This document shows positions 1 through 8,533 of a DNA stretch of 45,140 nt, one piece after another. The stretch covers positions 1-45,140 of IMG/VR virus record IMGVR_UViG_3300047308_000103; one strand, 5' to 3'. Position numbers and translations under genes: made by a program. The notes under the pieces are model-generated. The model ran no database searches. It was not told the origin of the DNA and worked only from the letters and a program-made list of their open reading frames with translations. Position 1 is the first letter of the stretch. Every line of letters starts with the position of its first letter. The DNA comes from a virus. Lineage: Duplodnaviria; Caudoviricetes.

Positions 1-127
1 TCAAAGCTTCTGGAGTCCGTGGTGGCCATGCCATCGACAACGATGCAACCTACGGCTTGCCTGCTGCTCAGGGTTGGGTTGCTGGCTTCTATTCAGGGGC
101 CATTATCCGTAAGAGCCCCTACATCAA
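1..127. repeat. Exact direct repeat of 45014-45140 (circular-assembly overlap)
   Basis: tcaaagcttctggagtcc...gagcccctacatcaa is identical at both ends; 127 nt matches a common assembler k-mer and falls inside a gene. Confidence 0.97.
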
Positions 128-1928
128 CAACTGCACCAACTTTGCCGACAGCGGCATTGACAACTCAGCGTTTGATCCAAACAACTACCAAGGCACTGGC
201 GGCGACCTGACATCTGGTCCTGCTGGTGGTGGCATCATCGTTGATGGATCATTGCCGGATGTAACCAGTCCCCTGCGGAGCTTCGTTGTCAACGAGTTCA
301 CCCAGGTGTGCCTTGACGGGCCTGGTCTTCTTGTTTGCAACAACGGCTACGCCCAGGCCGTGTCGTTCTTTGGGCTCTTCTGTCACTACCACGCCAAGGC
401 GTTGTCTGGTGGTCAGATCAACATGGAGGTTGGCACCACTGACTTCGGTCGCTACGGCTTGATTGCTGACGGCAAGAGCACAGCACCAATCTTCACCGCC
501 ACTGCCAATGGAGCTGCGTCTGCTGGTGCCGCAACGTTTGCCATCAACGCCCCAACAGCAAGCGGTACGTGGTTTGGTGATGCCAACCGGCCTGCCATTA
601 ACATGCTGGCCGTCGTCACCGTCAGCGGCACAACCTATACCTACCCAATCACCAGTTCTGGTGTCAATGGTTCTGGGTGGAACGTTGAGATTTCCAATCC
701 AAACCCATCTAACACCACCGTCAACCTTGGCCTGACCGTTGGTCACGCAAATGGAGCAACGTGGAGTTTCTACCTGCGGTCGTTGATCAGCACTGCGTCC
801 CACACGATGGAGTACGCCGGGTCTGGCACCAACTACACCGCCTTGCCGGAGAACGGTGGCGTGGCCATCGAGGCCAATGAAGCAGTAAACCGAAACAACG
901 GTAAGGTCTGGCTAACAAGCACTGATCAAAATGGTAAGTTTAAGGTTGGTGATTCATTCATCGTCAACCAACAGACAGGTTCTGTTACTATTCCAACTGG
1001 TGCTGTTTCTACAAGCATCATTACTGACAACCTGCCACGGCTTGGTGCTGACCTTGATGTACTGAGTCGCAATATCTTCTCTTCTACGGGTGACATTGGC
1101 ATTAACGATGCCTTCAACACTGGCGTAAACCTGATGCTGGTGCGTGAGTCGTCGTTGGCTACCGCTTACCCAGTGGTCACCCAATACGACATCGGCACCG
1201 ACCCGAACCAAGTGCCGCTTAATGGGTACCTGGGAACGATGGCGTTTCAGGATTCGGCAGGGGTAAATCTTGACCAGGCGACGATCAATACGGCAAGCAT
1301 CAGTCTCGGCTCAGCCGCAGCCCCATCAATCAGCTTTACGGGGGACACCAACACCGGCATCTATTCTGCTGGTGCCGACCAACTGGCGATTTCGACGGGG
1401 GGTAGCGAAAGACTACGCGTCAGCTCAGACGGTACTTTGGTTTTGAGTGGTCCCGGCATCCAATTTCCTACTGGTAACTCAACTGCAATTTCACCCGCCG
1501 CAGCAACCTCAAACACCCTGAGCGATTACGAAGAGGGGACGTTTACGCCAACAATCAAAGGATTGTCAACTGCTGGTGTTTTGACTTACACTAAAAATAA
1601 TGGTCGCTACACCAAGATAGGCAATACTGTTCACATAACTATTGACATGCAAATAGCCACAATTACTACAACTCCAACAGGTGGAATTGTGTTTGATAAT
1701 TTGCCATTTACAGCGGCAAGTGGAGCGTGGTTATGGCCAGGATCAATGCGGACAAGTGGTGTTTCGTTACCTGCTGGTTCTCTTAGTGTTTTTGGAATTA
1801 TGCTTCCTAGTTCTGTCTTGGCAAGGATACAAACAATTATTGATAACGCTGCGCCTGGAGCTGTTGATGGAAGCAATCTTGCCGCAACAGATGAGTTGCA
1901 ATGGTGTTGCACATATCAAACTGCCTAA
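3..1928 (+). CDS. Tail fibre, C-terminal part (gene starts at 43924 and reads through the junction; ~1005 aa in total)
   Basis: In frame with 43924-45013 (LKASGVRGGHAIDNDATYGLPAAQGW spans the junction); G/T/S/N-rich beta-structure; GSAAAPSISFTGDTNTGIY and SNTLSDYEEGTFTP fibre motifs. Confidence 0.88.
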   Translation, partial: KASGVRGGHAIDNDATYGLPAAQGWVAGFYSGAIIRKSPYINNCTNFADSGIDNSAFDPNNYQGTGGDLTSGPAGGGIIVDGSLPDVTSPLRSFVVNEFTQVCLDGPGLLVCNNGYAQAVSFFGLFCHYHAKALSGGQINMEVGTTDFGRYGLIADGKSTAPIFTATANGAASAGAATFAINAPTASGTWFGDANRPAINMLAVVTVSGTTYTYPITSSGVNGSGWNVEISNPNPSNTTVNLGLTVGHANGATWSFYLRSLISTASHTMEYAGSGTNYTALPENGGVAIEANEAVNRNNGKVWLTSTDQNGKFKVGDSFIVNQQTGSVTIPTGAVSTSIITDNLPRLGADLDVLSRNIFSSTGDIGINDAFNTGVNLMLVRESSLATAYPVVTQYDIGTDPNQVPLNGYLGTMAFQDSAGVNLDQATINTASISLGSAAAPSISFTGDTNTGIYSAGADQLAISTGGSERLRVSSDGTLVLSGPGIQFPTGNSTAISPAAATSNTLSDYEEGTFTPTIKGLSTAGVLTYTKNNGRYTKIGNTVHITIDMQIATITTTPTGGIVFDNLPFTAASGAWLWPGSMRTSGVSLPAGSLSVFGIMLPSSVLARIQTIIDNAAPGAVDGSNLAATDELQWCCTYQTA

Positions 1929-2002
1929 TCCTCAGCCCGCAACCCGGCTTAAAACTACGACCCATCACTAAACCTGTCTCCGGCAGTCGCCGGTCCCTAA
2001 AT

Positions 2003-2203
2003 ATGGCTCTCGTTAAGGAAGTCGTCATCGACAAGATTGAAGTCCTGGAATCTGGTTCTATCCAGGTAAGGCAAGCCACCCGCGTCCTAGAGAATGACGT
2101 GGTGCTGTCCACTTCGTACCACCGTCACGTTCTTGAGCGTGATGCGGATCTGACCAACGAAGACCCAAAGGTGGTGGCAATCGCTACCGCCGCGTGGAGC
2201 TGA
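2003..2203 (+). CDS. Small tail-fibre-associated protein (66 aa, MALVKEVVIDKIEV...)
   Basis: ATG at 2003 in the 1901-2203 frame; directly follows the fibre gene, in the position of a fibre chaperone. Confidence 0.65.
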   Translation: MALVKEVVIDKIEVLESGSIQVRQATRVLENDVVLSTSYHRHVLERDADLTNEDPKVVAIATAAWS

Positions 2204-2207
2204 TCCG

Positions 2208-3398
2208 ATGACCATCAAAGCGTTATTCCCAAGCATCAGGCCAACGCTCAACCTGGACTTTGCCAAGACCAAGGCCCTGGACCCCAGGGTCACGTTCACT
2301 CGGATCATGACCGGCGCCTCTGTCGCCACTTACGTCGGTGCTGACGGGCTGATCAAGACCGCTAGCAATAACGTCCCGAGGTTCGATCACAACCCGGCGA
2401 CCGGGGAAAGCCTTGGGCTGTTGGTGGAGGAGGCGAGGACGAATCTAATTTATCCTAGCGAACCGCCACCCCGCCAGAATGGATTGAGGATGACATACAC
2501 TACTGGGCCCTCAATAGTTCGCCCAGATGGAACTACTGGCACAGTAAATCAATTAATCACTGACACTTTTGGATCCGATTCCTATACAAGATTTACGAAC
2601 AACGTGGCAGGTGGAACCGCAAATGTATCCTACACGGGGTCTATTTGGATTCGTACCAGCACTGGAACCGCGAGTGTTAATATGAAGGTCAATGAGGCCA
2701 CCTTGTATTTTGGTGGCGGCAATACTTACACTGTTACTACTAGCTGGCAACGGATTACAAATACCAGCTCAAGCAATTCCACAAATCTTTTTTTTGACCT
2801 CACAACAAGTTCGACTCTACCGGCTGGCACCGTTTTTTACATCTGGGGCGCCCAGCTCGAAGCAGGCTCATTTGCGACAAGCTACATCCCCACAACCACG
2901 GCCACCGTCACCCGCGCTGCTGATGTGGCGAGCATGACGGGGACTAACTTTTCGAGTTGGTATCGGCAGGATGAGGGAACACTGGCCGCTACATTTACTT
3001 GGCGAGCTGTTAGCGGATCTAGCGGATACCAGTTCCCCTGGGGCATATCGCAAGATAATCCCAACCAAGTGTATCTTGGGAACTGGGGAGGCTCAGCTCA
3101 CGGACTTGGTGTTCGTTTTAATAATAGTGGCATAACAAGTTCTACTGGAGCAATACCAAATACTGGCATAAACATTGTTTGTAAAACAGCAACTGCAATG
3201 AAGTCAAATAACTTTTCAGTAGTTTCTAATGCTAGTACCCCTACTACTTATACAGGCGCAGCTCTTGCCAGTAGCATGAACACATTATTTATAATGAATT
3301 TGAATTTAGGCAATTATTGTACCGGCACCATCGCCCGCCTCGCCTACTACCCCGTCCGCCTCAGCGATACCCAACTCCAGGCCCTCACCGCCACCTAA
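2208..3398 (+). CDS. Second fibre/spike-like virion protein with carbohydrate-binding-like domains
   Basis: PRFDHNPATGESLGLLVEEARTN and YIWGAQLEAGSFATSYIPTT motifs typical of phage spike/fibre proteins; T/S/G/N-rich. Confidence 0.7.
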   Translation: MTIKALFPSIRPTLNLDFAKTKALDPRVTFTRIMTGASVATYVGADGLIKTASNNVPRFDHNPATGESLGLLVEEARTNLIYPSEPPPRQNGLRMTYTTGPSIVRPDGTTGTVNQLITDTFGSDSYTRFTNNVAGGTANVSYTGSIWIRTSTGTASVNMKVNEATLYFGGGNTYTVTTSWQRITNTSSSNSTNLFFDLTTSSTLPAGTVFYIWGAQLEAGSFATSYIPTTTATVTRAADVASMTGTNFSSWYRQDEGTLAATFTWRAVSGSSGYQFPWGISQDNPNQVYLGNWGGSAHGLGVRFNNSGITSSTGAIPNTGINIVCKTATAMKSNNFSVVSNASTPTTYTGAALASSMNTLFIMNLNLGNYCTGTIARLAYYPVRLSDTQLQALTAT

Positions 3399-3404
3399 AG
3401 ACCC

Positions 3405-3695
3405 ATGACGACTCTCTATCTCCGCTTCCCCGATGAGGCCACCTTTGAGGGTGAGGCCCTAGCTGCTGGTCTTCGTACTAAAGAAGGTTCCTACATCCAA
3501 TACACCCACGACCACGCCATGGACATCGTTGGGGTCATCTACAACAACGACGCGGTGGTTGATCCAGACACCGGTGAGGTCACTTCGCCAGCAACGCCTA
3601 TGGCTGGTTGGCACGTCAACTTCATCGGTGCTCTGCCCACCGGCTGGGACGAGTTCCTGGTGGCCCCGGCTGCCCCGTATCGGGTGTTTGCCTAA
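3405..3695 (+). CDS. Hypothetical protein, probable partner of the upstream spike protein
   Basis: 96-aa ORF tightly packed in the operon with coding-like codon usage. Confidence 0.7.
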   Translation: MTTLYLRFPDEATFEGEALAAGLRTKEGSYIQYTHDHAMDIVGVIYNNDAVVDPDTGEVTSPATPMAGWHVNFIGALPTGWDEFLVAPAAPYRVFA

Positions 3696-3823
3696 TGGGC
3701 AAGCCCAAGTCAATGGTGAAGACCCTTCACGTACCCGGTCCCCCCAAAAAATCTCGTCAAGGACAGGGACAACATTCACTTCCAAATCACGGACGTAAAC
3801 CATCTCGCGGTCAAGGCCGCTAA
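3695..3823 (+). CDS. Small basic protein (42 aa, MGKPKSMVKTLHVPGPPKKSRQGQGQHSLPNHGRKPSRGQGR)
   Basis: TAATG stop/start coupling at 3693-3697; fills the gap exactly; K/R/G-rich. Confidence 0.7.
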   Translation: MGKPKSMVKTLHVPGPPKKSRQGQGQHSLPNHGRKPSRGQGR

Positions 3824-3827
3824 ACTA

Positions 3828-4025
3828 ATGCTTACCTTTCTCGGAATTAAACTTTCTTACGAATCTCTTGCTTACCTCAGCCTGTTTCTGGGCTCAGAGG
3901 CAGTAGGTGTCAGCAAACTTAAGTCTAATAGCCTTGTACAGCTCTTCTTGAGCTTTGTCTCTTTCCTTAAGCTTACCCGTAGGGAAGATGACCAAATCAG
4001 AAAGATCAAAGACGCACTAAAATGA
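3828..4025 (+). CDS. Putative holin / small membrane protein
   Basis: Two hydrophobic stretches, charged C-terminus, ATGA overlap with the endolysin. Confidence 0.55.
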   Translation: MLTFLGIKLSYESLAYLSLFLGSEAVGVSKLKSNSLVQLFLSFVSFLKLTRREDDQIRKIKDALK

Positions 4026-4432
4026 GTACTTTTCCCAACACTTGGGAAGGAATTGAAGCGGCTGCTAAGGCTGCTGGTGCTAAATATCCTGAGGTAGTAG
4101 CTGCTCAGTGGGCTCTTGAGTCTGCTTATGGCACTGCTACCTCTGGTACCAACAATTTCTTCGGCATCAAAGGCACAGGTACCCTAAAAACCACGTGGGA
4201 AGACTACGGTAAGGGTCCAGTCACCATTAAAGCTTCCTTTAAGGACTTTGCTACCCCTTATGACTGCGTTGCGTACCTCGTAATGCAATGGTATAAGGAT
4301 TATAAAGGATATAAAGGGGTCAATAGGGCAAAAAATAGGGAAGAATGTGCTCGTCTGCTTAAGCAAGAGGGGTATGCCACTGATCCTATTTATGCTCAGA
4401 AGCTAATTAAACTTATGAAGGACCACGACTGA
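4022..4432 (+). CDS. Endolysin, GH73 glucosaminidase (FlgJ-like)
   Basis: AQWALESAYG, NNFFGIK and GYATDPIYA motifs. Confidence 0.88.
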   Translation: MSTFPNTWEGIEAAAKAAGAKYPEVVAAQWALESAYGTATSGTNNFFGIKGTGTLKTTWEDYGKGPVTIKASFKDFATPYDCVAYLVMQWYKDYKGYKGVNRAKNREECARLLKQEGYATDPIYAQKLIKLMKDHD

Positions 4433-4770
4433 TGGCATCTATCACGACTGATGGCAGTACAACTGCTGGAGCTTCCATAGCTCAAACCCTGACCAATGTA
4501 TTTGAGGTTAGCACAGCTCGTCAACTGTCTTATGGAGCAACAACTGCCAATCTTGCTCTGACTACTACCTGCCGGTTTATCACTATAATTGCCGCAGGTG
4601 GTACTCATGTTCATTATCAGATTGGTGTTGGCGCTCAAACTGCAACTACTACCAGCCATTACCTACCCACTGGCCAACGGATTACTCTTACTGTTCCCCC
4701 TAACGCTAACATCGCAGCCATCCAAGGTTCTGCTGCGGGCACTCTTTACATCAGCGAACTGACTCAATAA
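4432..4770 (+). CDS. Hypothetical T/A-rich beta protein (possibly structural)
   Basis: 112-aa ORF coupled to both neighbours (TGATG, TAATG). Confidence 0.65.
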   Translation: MASITTDGSTTAGASIAQTLTNVFEVSTARQLSYGATTANLALTTTCRFITIIAAGGTHVHYQIGVGAQTATTTSHYLPTGQRITLTVPPNANIAAIQGSAAGTLYISELTQ

Positions 4771-4997
4771 TGGCACGTGCTAACGAGGAACAGTTCAATG
4801 AACTTCATGGGTTGGTAACAGAAGAGTTGATCGGACGTATCAAATCCGGCACCGCTACAACGCAAGACCTCAAGGCTGCTACTGATTGGCTTGCTAAAAA
4901 TAACATCACAGGTGTTCCTGTCCTCGGTTCTCCACTTGCCAGCCTCTTTAATAGTTTAGAATTGGAGATGGAGGATGTCGAACGAGCCATCAGATGA
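4770..4997 (+). CDS. Terminase small subunit (T7 gp18-like DNA maturase A)
   Basis: FNELHGLVTEELIGRIKSGTATTQDLKAATDWLAKNNITG resembles cyanopodovirus TerS; size and position fit. Confidence 0.75.
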   Translation: MARANEEQFNELHGLVTEELIGRIKSGTATTQDLKAATDWLAKNNITGVPVLGSPLASLFNSLELEMEDVERAIR

Positions 4998-5202
4998 CAC
5001 TAGTAACATTGTCAAGAATGCTGTAGTAATGGCATTTCTTGGGTTATTTAGTTGGCATCTTTATACCCTTCATAATATTGCTGCTTCTGTTGAAGTACTT
5101 ATTGAAAGGGTTAGCATGAGCAATAGCAGGATTGAGCGCCTTGAAAATGAAGTATTCTTTAAACCTTTAGAAAATGGCGCCAAAGAAAACACCCGCCCCT
5201 AA
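4975..5202 (+). CDS. Hypothetical membrane-anchored coiled-coil protein
   Basis: One hydrophobic segment followed by a heptad-like tail. Confidence 0.55.
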   Translation: MSNEPSDDTSNIVKNAVVMAFLGLFSWHLYTLHNIAASVEVLIERVSMSNSRIERLENEVFFKPLENGAKENTRP

Positions 5203-5452
5203 GCGTAGTGCTGCGTATTACCGGAATAACCCCGAAGCATACGCCAAGAAACTTGCCTACGACACAAAGGAGAATAAATCTCCAACAGATCGAAAGTATC
5301 GTGCTGATCTTGCTGATGCCCGCCGCAGTCGCGGTATGATGGGTAAAGGTGGTTCTGATCTTTCTCATACAAAGAGTGGCCGACTAGTAAAGGAATCGCC
5401 CTCAAAAAACCGTGCCCGTAATGGTGCCGGAGGCCGACCTACTAAGAAGTAA
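5174..5452 (+). CDS. Basic hypothetical protein with degenerate HNH-like tail
   Basis: K/R-rich; DLSH...SKNRARNG segment. Confidence 0.6.
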   Translation: MAPKKTPAPKRSAAYYRNNPEAYAKKLAYDTKENKSPTDRKYRADLADARRSRGMMGKGGSDLSHTKSGRLVKESPSKNRARNGAGGRPTKK

Positions 5453-5473
5453 ACCACACAGGATCCACTCCAA

Positions 5474-5791
5474 ATGATTCTGGAAGCCCCTTCCGACTAT
5501 CTCTTTAACCTTAAGGCCATGACTTCCTCAGAAGCTAAGAGACTTTGGCGATCAGCAATTAAAGATCATTGGAATAATCAATGTGTTTATTGTGGATCAG
5601 ATCATAATCTTACTTTGGATCATGTGATTCCAAAGGCCCGTGGAGGTCACGATACTACGTCTAACGTGGTACCTGCCTGTCTCAAGTGTAACCAATCAAA
5701 AGGTTCGAACCATTGGTTATCTTGGTGGATTGGTCAAGACTCTTTTGACCAGTCTAATTTCTCGAAAGTCCTTTCTTGGACAACTAGCTAG
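5474..5791 (+). CDS. HNH endonuclease (McrA/HK97 gp74-like)
   Basis: CVYC...LTLDHVIPKARGG...NVVPACLKCNQSKG. Confidence 0.9.
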   Translation: MILEAPSDYLFNLKAMTSSEAKRLWRSAIKDHWNNQCVYCGSDHNLTLDHVIPKARGGHDTTSNVVPACLKCNQSKGSNHWLSWWIGQDSFDQSNFSKVLSWTTS

Positions 5792-5814
5792 TTCACTTAT
5801 CTTCTTTAAAAATT

Positions 5815-6354
5815 ATGTCTACTACTACTGGCGGATCCACTTACGGTTCCATCTCTAACGCCCCTGGTAAGCGCGAAGAGAACCAACAACGCAACAAGGT
5901 CCACACCACCGCTAACGTGTCGGACGGTACCACTACTACCACTACTGTTGCTGCTTCCTACGGTTCTGCTTCTACCGTATTGGCTGCTAACCAAACGGTT
6001 GATACTGCCGAGGCTGCCATTCGTGTTGTGCGTCGTGCTCGCACCAACCCTTCTACCCTTCCTACCGCAAAGGTAACTGGTACTGTTACCCGTAAGGAAA
6101 CTGGTGCTGTTGCTTCCTTCGGTACCCGTGTCAACGGCTCTGGTTATACCTCTGCTACCTATACCAACGTTGCCCTGAGTGGTGGCTCTGGTTATGGCGC
6201 TACCGCTAACATCACCGTTACTTCTGGTGCTGTTACTGCTGCTACCCTGGTGCGTGGTGGTCAATGGTACACTACTAGCGACACACTGTCTTGTGATTTG
6301 ATCGGGCCGGGCACTGCGTTTGCTCTTCCCGTGGCCACCGTTGGAATGGGTTGA
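5815..6354 (+). CDS. Probable abundant structural/decoration protein
   Basis: T/A/G-rich with GSGYTSATYTNVALSGGSGYGATANITV; codon choice similar to the capsid gene. Confidence 0.65.
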   Translation: MSTTTGGSTYGSISNAPGKREENQQRNKVHTTANVSDGTTTTTTVAASYGSASTVLAANQTVDTAEAAIRVVRRARTNPSTLPTAKVTGTVTRKETGAVASFGTRVNGSGYTSATYTNVALSGGSGYGATANITVTSGAVTAATLVRGGQWYTTSDTLSCDLIGPGTAFALPVATVGMG

Positions 6355-6359
6355 TCATC

Positions 6360-7208
6360 ATGGCGACTGTAACTAATTCTCGTCGCCGGGGTGAAAGGTC
6401 AAGCGGTAGCAAAAAAGTTGCCGCTTCTACCCCTACGCCTCGTCAGACATCCGTTGGTAACCGTGGAGCCCAAGCTGGCCCACTTAAGCCTGGTACCCGT
6501 ACATCCGGTACCTCTATGGTTAATAGCAGCAGCCCTGCTATGCGCCAAATCCAAGCCAAAGCTTCTGAACTTCGCAGCCAAGTAGACAAAGGTGTACGAA
6601 CTGCTCGTCAAACAGCAACGTCCCTTCCTAACTCTGTTCGTGCTGGACAGAACCTTGTGCGTCAAGGCGCTCAAAATATGCGTCAGGCTGCTGCGGGCAC
6701 TATGAGTTCTGCCCAACGTACCATGCTCCAGGCTCAAGGCGCTGCTGCTAAGGCAACTGCTCAAGCTAAGCGCGGTGCTAAAGCAGCCATGAGCAATATG
6801 AGCAACACCCTTGCTACCAAAGGCAGTGTTCGCCCTGGCCGTCCTGTCGGCGGTATTCGTAGTGGACTTGCTGGTGCTGCTATTGAGCAGGCTGCTAGTT
6901 CTGCTCTTGGACCCCTTGCCCGTAAGGCAGGTACTGCTCTGGGTCAAGGACCATTGAGAAGGCTTGGTCGTGCCATTGATGATCGTCTTCCCGGCATTAA
7001 TAGCAAAGACGAACTGAAGCGCAAAACAGCTGCCACTAAAGCTACTATGGCCCGTAGTCCTAAGGCTGGTCCTAGTCCCAAAGCAACAGTTACAGCTTTT
7101 AATAAAAAAACGTTTGACCAAGCTTTTAAAGCGGCTCGTACTGCCAAAGTTTCAACGTTTACTTGGCGTGGTAACAAATACAACACCAAACTTCGTGGTG
7201 AAAAGTAA
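6360..7208 (+). CDS. Highly basic A/R/K-rich protein
   Basis: Long ORF, very few acidic residues; C-terminal FDQAFKAAR...FTWRGNKYNT module. Confidence 0.7.
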   Translation: MATVTNSRRRGERSSGSKKVAASTPTPRQTSVGNRGAQAGPLKPGTRTSGTSMVNSSSPAMRQIQAKASELRSQVDKGVRTARQTATSLPNSVRAGQNLVRQGAQNMRQAAAGTMSSAQRTMLQAQGAAAKATAQAKRGAKAAMSNMSNTLATKGSVRPGRPVGGIRSGLAGAAIEQAASSALGPLARKAGTALGQGPLRRLGRAIDDRLPGINSKDELKRKTAATKATMARSPKAGPSPKATVTAFNKKTFDQAFKAARTAKVSTFTWRGNKYNTKLRGEK

Positions 7209-7843
7209 TGCCTTACATGCGTCAAGATAAACGTTTGACTAGTTCTGGTACCCGTCAAGCTCGCATTAAGGGCAATGCTGGGGGGTCTCAACCGAGGCCC
7301 CGCCCTACCCAAGTATCCACGACCAAGCAACAAGGACCACTTAAACCCAAAGCAACTACCACCACGAAGTCATCTCCTGGCCCCGGCAGACAGTATCGGG
7401 CTCAAGGAAAACTTCAACAGGGTACTCGTCCAAGTCAGAACCCTGCTCCTACTACTAAAAGTGGCCAAGGTGTTCGCACTGGAGCTGGTGCTTCTCGGGT
7501 TACAACTAATACCCGTCAAAACTCTCCGCGTCTTCCAAATCTACCCCGGAATCCAGTAACGGGTACGACTAATACTATCCGTGCTACCGGAGGCAACAGC
7601 CGTGACGCCAAGATCAACCGACTCTCCGCACAAACATCTCGGATTACTGGTCGCAGTCCTGTTGCTCCTCAACCTCGCCTCTCTGCTGCTGCAAAAGTAG
7701 CTTCTACGGCTATGTCGCTTCGTAAGTTGACACCTGCTGGTCTTGCCTACGAAACACTCAAGGCTCGTCCTACGGCTAATGGCGAATTGGCTTATAACCA
7801 AAAGCTTGCGGCTTCCATTATGAAGAAAAAGAAAAAAGGTTAA
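7208..7843 (+). CDS. Highly basic, low-complexity (R/K/T/P/Q) protein
   Basis: TAATG coupling; ends in MKKKKKG. Confidence 0.7.
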   Translation: MPYMRQDKRLTSSGTRQARIKGNAGGSQPRPRPTQVSTTKQQGPLKPKATTTTKSSPGPGRQYRAQGKLQQGTRPSQNPAPTTKSGQGVRTGAGASRVTTNTRQNSPRLPNLPRNPVTGTTNTIRATGGNSRDAKINRLSAQTSRITGRSPVAPQPRLSAAAKVASTAMSLRKLTPAGLAYETLKARPTANGELAYNQKLAASIMKKKKKG

Positions 7844-7848
7844 TCATC

Positions 7849-7983
7849 ATGCCACTCAAAAAAGGTTCATCTAAGAAGACCGTATCTTCCAACATCTCCA
7901 AGATGGTCAAGGAAGGTCGTCCCCAAAAACAAGCCATTGCTATTGCCATGAGCAAGGCTGGAATGGCCAAGAAAAAGAAATAG
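7849..7983 (+). CDS. Small basic protein (44 aa, [44 protein letters not shown])
   Basis: Hand-translated, below the ORF-track cutoff; [14 protein letters not shown] motif recalled from small phage proteins. Confidence 0.75.
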   Translation: MPLKKGSSKKTVSSNISKMVKEGRPQKQAIAIAMSKAGMAKKKK

Positions 7984-7991
7984 CCCTCACT

Positions 7992-8021
7992 GGGGCCTGT
8001 GTGACTCTACACGGCCCCTTT
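7992..8021 (+). terminator. Intrinsic terminator-like hairpin
   Basis: GGGGCC-tgtgt-gactct-acac-GGCCCC followed by only a short T run. Confidence 0.55.
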
Positions 8022-8035
8022 ACCCCCATTAAGGT

Positions 8036-8533
8036 ATGTTGACCTCATTACAAGGCCCAGGGCAACTTAAGGCCCATTTACAGAGGCATGTCAATGCCCC
8101 GTCACAATGGTACTATCCATATTATTGTACTTTTTGCGACAATCAAGTTGAATTATTACTTGCAAATGCTCGAAAACAGCAAGGATGTATTTGTAGAAAA
8201 GGTGTTCGACATGGCCAACATGGAACACTAGAACATGACATGTGGGAAAGATCAAAACGCCGGGCCCGGAAGAAAGGGTTTGAGCATACAATTGATTACA
8301 CTGACATACATGTTCCTACTCATTGTCCATTATTAGGCATACCTTTGTTTAGAAGTACAGGAAAAGGAGCATGTGACAATTCTCCATCTCTAGACCGAAT
8401 TGATTCATCCAAAGGTTACACTCCTGATAATATCTGGGTAATTTCAAATAAAGCAAATTCAATTAAATCAAATGCAACCATCCAAGAACTTGAACAAATC
8501 ACCTGTGGATTACGAGCAAAGATTGAAGGATGA
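8036..8533 (+). mobile_element. Free-standing HNH homing endonuclease gene overlapping the terL start
   Basis: CPLLG...SPSLDRIDSSKGYTPDNIWVISNKANSIKSN; AT-richer than neighbours; 62-nt overlap with terL. Confidence 0.8.

Noticed and set aside
1-127. 127-bp terminal direct repeat as the biological T7-like DTR
   Set aside because: It lies mid-gene and equals an assembler k-mer length; real ends are expected near 11.5-12.0 kb
1500-3398. Diversity-generating retroelement or invertible shufflon acting on tail genes
   Set aside because: No reverse transcriptase, invertase or template/variable repeat pair seen
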